Notes under the pieces: model-generated
Databases searched by the model: none
What the model was told of the DNA's origin: nothing
The model's input: the letters and a program-made list of their open reading frames with translations, nothing else
Source of the DNA: Streblomastix strix
Lineage: Eukaryota
DNA: 34,614 nucleotides
Direction: 5' to 3'
Assembly: GCA_008636045.1 (NCBI GenBank)
Contig: SNRW01000050.1
Coordinates: 1-34,614 of the forward strand
Translations under genes and position numbers: made by a program
In this document: in pieces, positions 1 through 11,661 of the stretch
How the letters are laid out: each line of letters starts with the position of its first letter
Numbering within the stretch: the stretch's first letter is position 1

Positions 1-329
1 TTTGTTATGAAAAAATTAAATAGAAAATATTGGTAAGAAAGTGTATACAATCTCAAAAAATTGATATAAGAGAATATAATACCAATGCCACAAGCTGTGA
101 ATAAATAATGAAAATTATTCCTTATTAATCGTAAATATGTTATTAGAATATAAATATATATTTGAATTATAATTTTAACATTAATTTTAATTGTCAATAA
201 AATAAATTCATCAAACTCATTTAGAACCTTTAAAGTCATTTCAGTATTTTTTTATTGAAAGCAAAGTTGCAAAAACAAAACCCCAAAAATTAGTTTTAAA
301 CACCTACTGAGCAATATAAAGTAGAAAAC

Positions 330-1793
330 ATGATCAATTCTAGAAATAGCATTCGATCAGATAAAAGTTGTGATTTTGAATGCGAAGTTATTCCAGATGA
401 TGATGTTTGAAGTTTTTTTTATTTATTTTTTAATTTTTCAAAACATTTTATTAAAATTTTCATATATACAACTAATATTTCATTTTTAAAATAATTTTTG
501 TATATTTATATCAAAAGGGCTAATCTCATTAATCTATAAACTCCGCAAATTCTGGTTCTGAAGTTTCTTAACACAATTTGAGAGCAGAGTTGGCCGATGG
601 TAAGCAAATTATCTTATTAATTTTAATTTAATTGTATAAATTATTTCATAGATCATAATGCAATAAATCCTTTGGTTATATTGGAAGAGTAAAAGAAAAT
701 GACATGGTCATTCTTTGTTTTTCTGAGTATAGGCTTTATGGTTTTTATTATTTAGTTAATTTAGTGCTTTAATTTATATATAATTTTTTTCAGGGAATTG
801 GGATTGGACTTGTGATGATTATTATGCTTTTGATGAAGCCAATTAACTAAATTCAACAATTTGAAAATAATAATTAAAGTTCATAATATTAATTAGAACA
901 AGGAAAATAATATCAGCATGTTAATGAAAATGAATAAAAATAAAGAAGAGCTTAGAAGAATAAAATTAAAACATTGGATTGGAATGAATAATACTCTGAA
1001 TGAACTTGTTTAAGGAACTGAATAATAATAAAAAGAAATAATTGAAAGAAAAGAAAATTTTTATAAATTTATGATTCAATTGTTTGAAGATATGAATGAT
1101 ACTGAAAATGGAATCCTTGCCATAGAATCTGGAGTAGTGAAAGCTCTAATTAGATCATTTTCTGTTCAACCTTTTGATTAAATCACAAGATCATCTACAC
1201 TTTCATTTTTTAAAAATTACTTATTGTCCTGATGAAATTATGACCCAAATCATTGACTTGAATCCATTTCCAGCACTATTTCGTTTATTAGACCATCCAA
1301 ATAGTTAAATTATTAGTTATTTTCTTGATTCAACATACAATTTATTACTTTTAGGTACAAGAGCAGCATCATCTGATCTTCCACATCCATATTTTGATCA
1401 ATTTGTTATTTCAGGATACATTTAACAACTTTACAATCTGTTCAAAAAAACTAATGATAATGATGACAAAGATATAGCTTCACTTAGCATTGGACGTTTA
1501 TTCAGAACAAAAGAAATTCTAGATATAAATATGAGAAAAGAAATCATTGAACACCTTAAAACTCTTCTTGATGATAAGGATGAATGGAATTAAACTGCAG
1601 CGAAGGAAATTCTGAAAGATCTTTAGATAAATTAAGGTTAATTTTTTATACAATCATAAGTTTATATTGTAAGTTTATATTGTAAATATATATTTATTTT
1701 ATTATATATTTTTATTAACAATTATTATTTTTATAATATAATTCAGTGAATAAATCTGAGATAGAGAAAGATGGGTTTAAACTTCCTATCTGA
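330..1793 (+). pseudogene. Frameshifted gene for a single-TM protein with a lineage-specific ARM/HEAT-like helical domain (pseudogene or assembly indels)
   Basis: With TAR=Gln: ATG 330; GT-AG introns at about 405-517, 600-651, 751-793 and 1638-1746; TGA 1791-1793. Hydrophobic stretch WSFFVFLSIGFMGIGIGLVMIIMLLM, then NPFPALFRLLDHPN...PHPYF...ASLSIGRLFRTKEI...VNKSEIEKDGFKLPI. The frame hits TGA at 1001 and 1230 and continues in the +1 frame each time. Confidence 0.7.
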
Positions 1794-1993
1794 AAATTCA
1801 AGTATGTTTATGAAACTATTAATGAAGTCAAAATTTAGAGTATGAATCATGTCAAAGAATCACTTCATACATACAAATAAATAGTCAATAAAATAATAAA
1901 TTCAAAATTCAAAATAATCTTTAAAGTTATTTTCTTATATTTATTTAAATCTTGTGCTTAGTTTTATTGTAACTTGATAACAAACTGATAAAC

Positions 1994-3670
1994 TCACTAT
2001 TAAATGTGAACAATTATTCGAGTGAAGATTGGAAATCTCGTGAAAGGAATCAGATTTACGCTCTAAATGTCTTCAGCATCAAATTCTTCGAATCCTCCTT
2101 CAAATTCAATTTCTTCTAATATACATGAACGAACTGAAGAATATTGTTGTTATTCATTCAATGTTTCAATCAGAGGATGAATAATTGAATCAAAGCTTAT
2201 TTTGGCAGATTTGATTATTGAATTATTATCTTCAATTCCACCTCCTAAACATGCTGCCAATGCCAATGATCTAGCAAATTTCATCTCAACCAGAACTTTA
2301 TGTTGAATTTGTTAATCGCAATGCTAGCATATCTCAGAAATCATATCAATACATTATTCTCTGGCTTTTATCATTGATTATTTGATGTCAGTAATTTGAT
2401 CCAGTTTTTATGTGGTAAATGTCAATGAAATTAGAATAGGAAGAAGATTTGAATATGATACAACACTTGATGCTAATCTATTATTGTGAACCATAATATT
2501 ATGGAGAAGTGTAAGGAAAATATGAAATTATTGTTCAGAATATGTTGAATCATTCATATCAAGAGATAATAATTATAACTTATTAGTTAATGAGTAATTT
2601 CTCCAATATGGTGTTTACGCAGCAAAATAAATGATTATTGGAGCAAGATGAGCAACAATACTGCCACTGTCAACAGAATATAACTTTGGTTTGTTCATAG
2701 TTTCCTAAAACTATGAAAGTACCTCTAAAGCTTACAAATGCAACTGTTCTGCGTCGATTGATTCAGGAAAGGCAATTTTTCGAGAGCATTTCAAGCTTGA
2801 AGGACAATTAATGTGGAAAAGAGGTTCTATTTCTTCATTCATGTCAACTACATTTGCAAATTCTATTCTCTTTCTTTGATAAATTGTTCCAAATTTAACT
2901 GCAATCAAATAATCTGATAATTCCTCTATTTGTAACCTTATTGATTTCTTTACATTTTCATATTCATTGCTTTCTTTTATATTTTTCTTTTATATATTTG
3001 TTGCATCCTTACATAATTTATTCATGTAGCTAACAAGGCACCCTATATAAAACTTAATAACTAATCCACTGTGGAATACAATTTTGTGATTGAAAAATGA
3101 AATGTTTGTCAAATAGCAGAATATTCTTGAAAGCTGGAGTGTTACATCATCATGCATCCAATCCAAACCATCTTCTTCTTCTTCTTCATTATCATCATCT
3201 GCACTTTTTATTCGAGCATTGAGACCATTTTCAATTACTTTTGGCAGATTAGAACTTGCAATAGTTAAGATAAAACTTGAACTTGAATTCTTGAGATATT
3301 ATTCGGCTGCACATTTTGCTAATGCTTCAACAACAGCAAGCAAGTTTTGTTCCGCTTTGGTTTTACATTCCTAGAATTATGATGAAAGCTATGCACAGAG
3401 TGATTAATCAAAGCTTTCCATAATTTGCTCTGAATTCATATTTTTCACAAGCGGAATAATCATTTTTGTGGTTTATTATTATTATCTCTCTAAATTTTTA
3501 ATCTTAGAAGATGTTTAAGAAACTGTACTAAATAATTTTGTGAGTTTGTTCATATCAGGTTGGGAATTATCAATATTTTTAGTTTCATCTGGAATTGTGA
3601 ATTTAATTTTTTTATTTTAATTTTCAATTGGTTCACTTTCTTTTTAATTCTTCTTCTTTTTCTTTGGCAT
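1994..3670 (-). CDS. Uncharacterised 558-aa protein consisting mainly of the HINC helical domain (single coding exon)
   Basis: Uninterrupted 1677-nt frame under TAR=Gln: MPKKKKKNQKESEP... to ...RIIVHIQQ-TGA. Motifs LFHINCPSSLKC, ACLGGG and EEIEFEGGFEEFDA are shared with the genes at 5242-7362 and 20644-26341. The N-terminus is basic and NLS-like. Confidence 0.88.
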
Positions 3671-5241
3671 CTGTAAAATTTTTAAATATTTAAGCATATA
3701 AATTATTATTTTTTGTTAATTAATATGTTTTTATGAATAATTCACAGAGATAAAATGCTTTTAATATTTTTTTTTTGAAAAAATTTGCGAAATTTTTTTA
3801 TTAATGGGCAATTAGTTATAAATTTATAAATAAAAAATAAATAATAGTTAATAGTATAATATTCATAAAAAGTAGTCAAAATTCATCATAATATGTGTAT
3901 TTTTTTTGAATTTATTTATAATTTATTTTAGGTGAAATTTTTGGTGTAATGTTGAGTATAAATTTAAATTTGTTATTCAAAATGTTTTTATATTGTTTAT
4001 AGGCAAATAATTTATTGATTTAAATGTTGCGCATAATAATTATTTACCGTTTTATTGATATTTATAATAATTTACTATTTAACATAGTATATAATGAATT
4101 GAGCATTATTCATTGTAATTAAATTATTATTAGATGTTATAATTATATAGAAATTATAGAAATTTTTTGTTAATTCGCCTTATTAGAGCAATAATAGTAA
4201 AATAAAAAATTAAATTTATTAGATTCTGCTTGTAACACTAAAAGGGTCTCAAATAGAATCTAATAAATTTAAATTTTATTTTAAAATTGGAAAATAACAT
4301 TTCCTAGCTTAAATTTTTGAATTTATTTCTGAACATATATTAAAGTTGCATTCGATAAGAGAGACTTCAAATAATAATCATCAAACTACTCTTTTCAATG
4401 AGAAATAAAAATCTAACATTATTATTTTAGTTACATATACATTTTACAAAACAGGTGTAAAAAAGCAAAATTCGCTTTTTTTATCCCTTAATTCAATTTT
4501 TTCCTTGGAACTTAGTTTATTATTTATTTTTATTATTGCAATATGCATACAGACTATATATGTATCAGATTAAAATAAAATATGTTGATATTAATTCCTC
4601 GAACTATTAAAAAACACTGCTGAACAAAATAAAAATGATTTCTCACCAATTTAATCATATAGTCAAAATTTACTAATATACTAGTAATAATTAACTCTCA
4701 TTAAAATTTATATTTCAAAAATTGTCTATATAAACTACAAATTCATCCTATTGAATCGAGGTTATTTTTTTCAATAAAAAATATGCTTTCTTTAAACCAA
4801 TATTTCTCGTACAATAAATAATCAATATGTTTAATATATAATTTATATGTTTTAAAACTAATATTTCAGACAAGATCTAGTATAAATAGAGCTATCATAT
4901 GCAATTTTCATACGAGGAAAAGCGCAATAAATTTGAACTTTTTCACCTACTCTCTAATTCTTAAAACTCTATATGTTTTATAAATATTCAAAAAATATAT
5001 TTTTCTTTTAAGCATTAAATTGAATAAATATAAATAATTTACTTTAATATTCTCCGATAAAATAACAGAAATTAATTTTCTATTCTTATTATTCATAAAT
5101 ATTGCATTTGATATATTATTAACACAATTTTTATTATGCTTGAAAACATTTTGTGTTGATGAATGCAAATTTGCTTAGATTTTTATATAGAACATTTTAA
5201 ATTATCGTTTTTAATTAGTAAATTTATTTATTTATTTTCAG

Positions 5242-7362
5242 ATGACATCTTCGACATTGATTACTGTTAATTTCCGTTATGAAATAACTCCAGATAATGT
5301 TCGACAAATGTTTGAAAATATTGGAACTGTGTATGCTTTGTATATTTTGAACACCGCAATTTTATTTGTTAATATTATTTAAATCAGAAAATCTGTGAGT
5401 GATTGGATGTTCGATGAATTCTTTCATACATTAATATTTGTTGAGATGGCTGATAATGAATTGGCACAAAAAGCAATTAACAGTTTTAATAATTAAATGT
5501 TTGATATTGATGTAACTGATGTTGAACTCTTGAATGACTCAAGTATAAATTCATTTATTATAATTTTTTCATAAAAAATTTTACATTTTCGTTTATTATT
5601 ATATTTTAAATCAGACATCAATAATGTTAATTATCTTCATAAATTCTACCCTAAATATTATGATTCAATTTCAAATTCTTCCACACCAAAATTTATTAAA
5701 CATATATCAAATTTTGTTAAAAGTATAATCAATATATAAAATTATTTTATTATACATCATTATTAAGAAATATTTAATATATTAATTTATTTTATAATTA
5801 AATTTATTATATTTTATATTATTAAATATTATTAAACAGAAACAGGGCATCAATTGCATTAACAATAATCAATATAATCAATATTAAGATCATTTTTATT
5901 CTCAAATAAAGGTAAAGAAATAAAATTAAAATAATATTATGATGAATTGAAGAGTTATAATAAAGTTGTTATTTATAGGATATTTAACAAAGAAACAATA
6001 AATGATATAAACAATAATCTTAATAGTTGCTAGACAGAAATAGAGAAAATTCTTTTAGATATTATTGAATTTATTGTTGAGAAAGGAATAATATCCTGCA
6101 TTTTTAATGGTTTCTTTGATATTATTAAACAATCAGGACTTTTGAAGAAAATTGAAAAATTAATTGAAGACCGTTTTTGCTAAGAAGAAAAAGGAAATAA
6201 ATAATTTTCTGATTAAATTGTTTAATTTGTAAGAATTTATTTGAGTGTAACAAATTTAGAAGAACAGGATGAAAAATTAATCGATAAAAGTGCATAAGTA
6301 TTAAATTATAAATTTACTTAATTTCTTAACTTTCTCACAAATTAAAAGAATCAAGCAATGACTGAATAATTATAAATAGAATTAGAATAAACATCACATT
6401 TAATTCAAATTGTTAAAAACAATAGAAATAAACATTATCTATTTTTTCATTATAAACTAGAATACCTTGATGAACATGTTAAAGAAAGAATTGCTTCTCT
6501 CTTTCATATCAATTGTTCATCTGAACTCAATTGTCCACAGAATATAATTATTCAATCATCTTCATAATTATAAGAACTCTAGACTCTAATACTAGATACA
6601 ATTGGAAAATTTATATACTGTAATAGAAACTTCGAGTAAATCTTAGTTGTTAATCATAATATCATTCAACATCTAATGTCTATCATTAATATTTTTGATT
6701 AATAAAAGTAGTAGTGTAAAACCAAAATAATAGTTTAACAATAGCATATATTCCCATCTCCTGCTATTCTTTCTTCTACATTAAAACTTCTTTAATAATT
6801 TGTATTATTAAATAAATATAATTGTCAAATTGCCTCATCTGATCCAAAATTTAATTAATCACTCATTAATTTATACAAATATCAAATAGATTAATAAAAT
6901 AATCAAAACCATAATTAATTATAATCAAATATTTAGAACTTAAGTTTATAATGTATGTACTCAATTTGGAATTATTCAGATGTGGAAGTATTATAATAAT
7001 ACATTCAATTAGGATATATATCAATAATTTCTCTTGGAATTGCACTTGGAGGTGGATATTCATAAAGTAATAATTAATTTATTTAGAATGTATTATATCA
7101 TATTCTAGATATGTATTATGATTTGAAAAATGGAAGATAATTTTCTGAAAATCTTCCAGATCGTCCATTTTTTCCATCTCAACAATTATTGGTAAGAATT
7201 TCAGATGAATAGTTAGAAGAAGAAGGTGAAATTGAAGAAATTGAAGCACTTTTGATAAATAAATACTATAAATTTATTAAAAGTATTAGAGATTCTGCAA
7301 ATGAAACTAAAAGAATTTTATAAAATTCATTTGTTCATACTACAAATATTAATTTAAATTGA
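5242..7362 (+). CDS. RRM-like domain plus HINC domain protein (4 exons)
   Basis: ATG 5242 directly follows ttttcag. Three GT-AG introns (about 5331-5387, 5543-5613, 5723-5839); a long last exon ends at TGA 7360-7362. The N-terminus LITVNFRYEITPDNVRQMFENIGTVKSV...IFVEMADNELAQKAINSFNNQMF resembles an RRM. Later motifs are LFHINCSSELNC, IALGGG and EQLEEEGEIEEIEA. Confidence 0.85.
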
Positions 7363-7658
7363 AATTCTTAGTTTATTTGAAAAGAATTTATTGATTATTA
7401 CTAGATATCTTTCAAATTGGCCAATTCAAATTATATGTTTTATATTCCTATTTAATCATTATATTTTTATATTATTTATCTTAGTTGTGTTTATCTAATA
7501 TATAACCTGTTTAGTTTAATAAAATCACTACCAGACTCTTATAATTGGCTAATACATATATCAAAATCAAATTATTTTTCTATATATTAACTATTTATTG
7601 ATGCAATGTGATATTATACATGAATTGAAACTAATTACATTCAGTTTTAGGTCATTTT

Positions 7659-9602
7659 TCAAGTTCCATTTTGTTACTCTTCCAGAACAGCATCGCAAAG
7701 AGGGCACAACAAGTCACGTGCAATCCAGTTAGCTATGCACAATTTATGAAAGAAATGTCCACACTTCATCATTGCAACATTATTATCACGTGCATCTTGT
7801 GGATTCATGCATAATGCACAGTCACCAAGAAAAGGAACAACAAATCTTTCTGCTTCTTCGTGTTATATTTCTTCATTTGTAGGAATATGCAGAGGCGGTG
7901 CTAGTACTTTAGTGTTAATAACAAGAGTATCAAACTCCGATATCCCAAAATCTTTCAGTTTGTATGATACATAATCTTATACTGCTTTTCTCCATGGTAT
8001 TTTAACAACTGTTCCATTTATCCTCTTGTAAGTGATTCTAAACAAGCACTACATGAACCCTGGAACGCACACTTGCATATTAGAGCCACAATTTGGGCAT
8101 TTTGACTCATACTGAGCATGATTGAAGTCTCCAAATCCAGCTTTGTGGATAACTAAGTCTCTTTTTGTAACACATTAATTGGAGGTACATCTTCCTTCTA
8201 AATTAAGCCCAAATGAACATTTTCTCCAGTCTGGTCCTACATCTCTAAAAGGAATTATTATTGGATCTGGTAAACTTTAAGAATTTGATGAATTGTCACC
8301 TCCACGGAGTCTAAATTGCAGATATACTGTATTTTGGTTTTTGATGCCATAATCTCGAATTTTCTTGTTGTTTTCAAGTTGTTTTCCACCGAAGTATAAC
8401 ACTTGCTCATTAATTGGATAATTTCCTTATAAATAGATTAAGCTTTTGACGCTCTCAATAGTATCATCAATATTGACAATAAGAGTAATTATCCTTCCAC
8501 TTTATGTCTTAACGAATATCTAGAACTGCCCTCTCTAAAATTATTGTGATTGTTGTGATATTGGACGCCCTTTCTAAGATGGAAGTTATGGGTCAATTTC
8601 CAGAACATCTCCAGATCTGATGTTATATTCTTATAGAGATTTCTGATCCTCAAGTTAAACTCCACGAAGTAACAGCTTAATATCAGAAACAGGTTTACGA
8701 ATTATGCTTTGAAGTTATACTTTGACTGATAATATAGTGTCTATATTCATAATATTATTCAACAAAACTATCCAATCAGAAGATATTATTATATGGATGC
8801 TAACTTTATACTCCCCGAAAACTTTGTAGCACTTTGGATCCACTTCCAACTCGCCCATAAGTTTTGTCTTGTCAATTGGAGTTCCATTATATTAGAAATG
8901 TGTCAAGTTCGGTTCAACTTCAGCTTCATCGCATGCTCTTATGCAGAAATCATGGACTTGCTCATTGTTCTCAAAATGCATATTAATTTAATTCCCATTT
9001 TGCATCTAAATTCTCAGATTTCTTCTTTATGTTGAACATGTGAGTAAATCTCCTTCTTTAACCTGGCATTGTTCCAAAGTCATTTCATTTGAAAGAACTT
9101 TCTTATCAAAAGATATACACTATTTCTCGCTTACTATATTTCTCAGTTGATTTATCTTCTCTTTAAGGATCAGAACTGAATCATTTCTTTGTTAAGGAAT
9201 ATCAACATCAAATTATTAATTTCCATCTTCAATGCGAATTCTAATGCATCCTTCCATAACGCACGATTCAACACAACATGTCATTCCAGTGGTTAAGAAA
9301 GAAGTGAGTGCTTAAACATTGGAATTTGTACAATCACCAATAACATGTCTAGAATTGGCATAAAATTGCATCTTCCTCCCGTACTCGGAAACTAGTGAAA
9401 GATCGATTCCGATAACTTTGAGATGGTTCATAATCTATTATGCTACAAAATCCATTGTTGTTTACTCATCAATATCTTCTATGTAAATCTTTTGGCCAAT
9501 ATATTGCAAATTCTTCACTTGCACAATTTTCAACTTTTCAGGAGCTTATACGCACTGAGTTTCAGACTAATTCGGATACTATATACTTGGTGCACACCCC
9601 AT
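7659..9602 (-). CDS. N-acylated multi-ubiquitin-like domain, Cys-rich domain and RING-H2 protein (putative E3 ligase), 647 aa, intronless
   Basis: 1944-nt open frame under TAR=Gln starting MGCAPS. Several beta-grasp-like repeats, the last being FQIFVKTQSGRIITL...FGGKQLENNKKIRDYGIKNQNTVYLQFRLRGG. Then WRKCSFGLNLEGRC...CPNC...GFMQC and a C-terminal CALC-x-CGHFFHKLC-x-CPLC RING-H2. Confidence 0.92.
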
Positions 9603-10470
9603 TTATACTAATCTGGTACATTTTATATAGAAAGTACAATAAAAAAGAGTAAATTATTATGATTTTCATTTGAGATTGTAATTTGGATCTTTGAGAATAA
9701 TAAAATATTAAATTTTATATATTTGTAGTAAAGAAATCAAAATACATAGAAAAATGCACAAATATGATAAATTTACTTATTTATCTTTGCAAGAAAAGCA
9801 ATTTTTAAAAAATTTGCATAACTTGCGTTAAATAAAATATAACCATAATTTTTTGATATTTATTGTTGGAAAATATGTATTAGATGTTATTTAATACCAA
9901 TAATCTTGCAAATAATATCTGTAGCACTGGCAAGAAAGAAAATAACAAGTAAATTTATAATTTTGCAATTTGCATTTTGACTACACTTTTAAATTTCTAT
10001 GCTTGGATAAATTTATTGATGTAAAACATTTTATTTAGTAATTTCATACAATTAAGTATATAATATAATTACTAAATTTGGATCTCATAGACCTTTTGTG
10101 CAATTTTTATTTTAAGTAATAGAAATATTCTTCTAAATATTTATATATGCTAATTCAAAGATCTAATTTCAAAACAATTAAATATTGACAGTTTTATTTT
10201 ATCTGAGTAAAAACGAGTATTTTTCGAAAGCATATTATTAAAATTCAATTTTTTACACTTATATTATATTAAAATATTATTATTTATAATATTACGAAAT
10301 ATTATAAGTAATATCAACCAATTTCATCAAATATTTAATTGAATGAATTACTTCAAAGTATTTCCACAATTTCACAATAATTAAATGCTACTTCAAGTAA
10401 AAACTTATTTTTTGAAAAAATAAATTTTTATTTTTAAAAATAAATTTTATTAGAAATCCAATTTAACTGG

Positions 10471-11456
10471 ATGGCAGAAGCTGGCGGAGCTGGTGTGATT
10501 GTTGATAACGAGCTTGAGTCAATTCGCCAGAAACGGAAAGACTTTTTAAAGAAAAAGTTTGATAAATTGTTTTAATGCACTCTATATATTTTATTTTCTA
10601 TATTATATAGGTAAGAAGAGAATGTGTTAGCTCTTGCTCGCGGCGGAGGTGTTCTGAAAGACATAGACGAGCCACAGGTTTAATTTTTCTCCTACAAATT
10701 CACCTCAATTATAATTAAATACAAAATTAACTTCTTCTTCTTCTATTCATATTTCCCAGTTTTTACCCGAGGTAACAGGATCTAAATGGGCGATTGTTAG
10801 TTTCTTCCACAACAATTTCAACAGATGCACTATTCTTCACACACATATGCAGAAACTTGCTATAAAATACCCAGCAATAAGATTCCTCAAGATTGACGTT
10901 GAAAAAGCTCCATTTTTCGTGACTAAATTGTAGGTTAGAGTTCTTCCAGCTATGCTGATATTCCATAATGGTGTTAATACTGCCAGAATAGTGGGGTTTA
11001 TTTCTCTAAATATAATTAATTATTATATTTATAATATTATGTATACTAATAATAATATTTTCTATTTATTTTCACAGTTTTGAAGAGTTTGGCAACAGGG
11101 ATGACTTCCCAACTGAGATGATTGAAGAGAGAATGGAAAGAGAAGGTTTGAATATAATAATTTATATTCATTTAATTCTTCAATTCATATTAATATTCAT
11201 TCAAATCATATTTATTAATTAATTAATATATTCATTCAAATATTCATTCTCTTCATATGTATATTCATAACTCTTCATAGGTATGATAATTCTAGATAGT
11301 CACACAGGAGATGATGATCAACCATCAAAAACATCTTCTTCTTCTTCATAATAATCATCTTCATCATCATATATAACCAAGACACAATCAGATTATGAGA
11401 AACTGAAAGCTAAGATGATGGAAAGCGATGAAAATATCGATGATGACCTGTTTTGA
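10471..11456 (+). CDS. TXNDC9: Phosducin-like protein 3 / thioredoxin domain-containing protein 9 (CCT co-chaperone), 5 exons
   Basis: The spliced translation contains ELESIRQKR, FLPEVTGSKWAIVSFFHNNFNRCTILHTHMQKLAIKYPAIRFLKIDVEKAPFFVTKLQVRVLPAMLIFHNG and IVGFEEFGNRDDFPTE, typical of PhLP3. Acidic C-terminus; TGA 11454-11456. Confidence 0.9.
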
Positions 11457-11661
11457 CTTAAAATTAGTATAAAATAATCAAATAAAGGAGGTTCAATCAC
11501 ATTTCATTTATTTATTACTCATATACATAACATAACATAACACACTCTATTAATTTAAATATTACTCATATAAAAAACATGCATAAGATTCAATGGTATT
11601 GATATTTAAGTATATAAAATATTAAAATAATAATAGTGAGTGAATGAAAAAAGTAAAGCTA

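Noticed and set aside
1658..1695. 13-bp direct repeat taagtttatattg
   Set aside because: A short slippage duplication within an AT-rich intron, with no transposon hallmarks.
1994..2002. TAA-TAG-TGA triple at a gene end as evidence that TAR terminates near 3' ends
   Set aside because: A single case; the other genes end at TGA without adjacent TAR, and QQ is very common in these proteins.
8298..8525. Canonical ubiquitin or polyubiquitin gene
   Set aside because: Too divergent from ubiquitin, only one unit has GG, and it is embedded in a larger RING protein.
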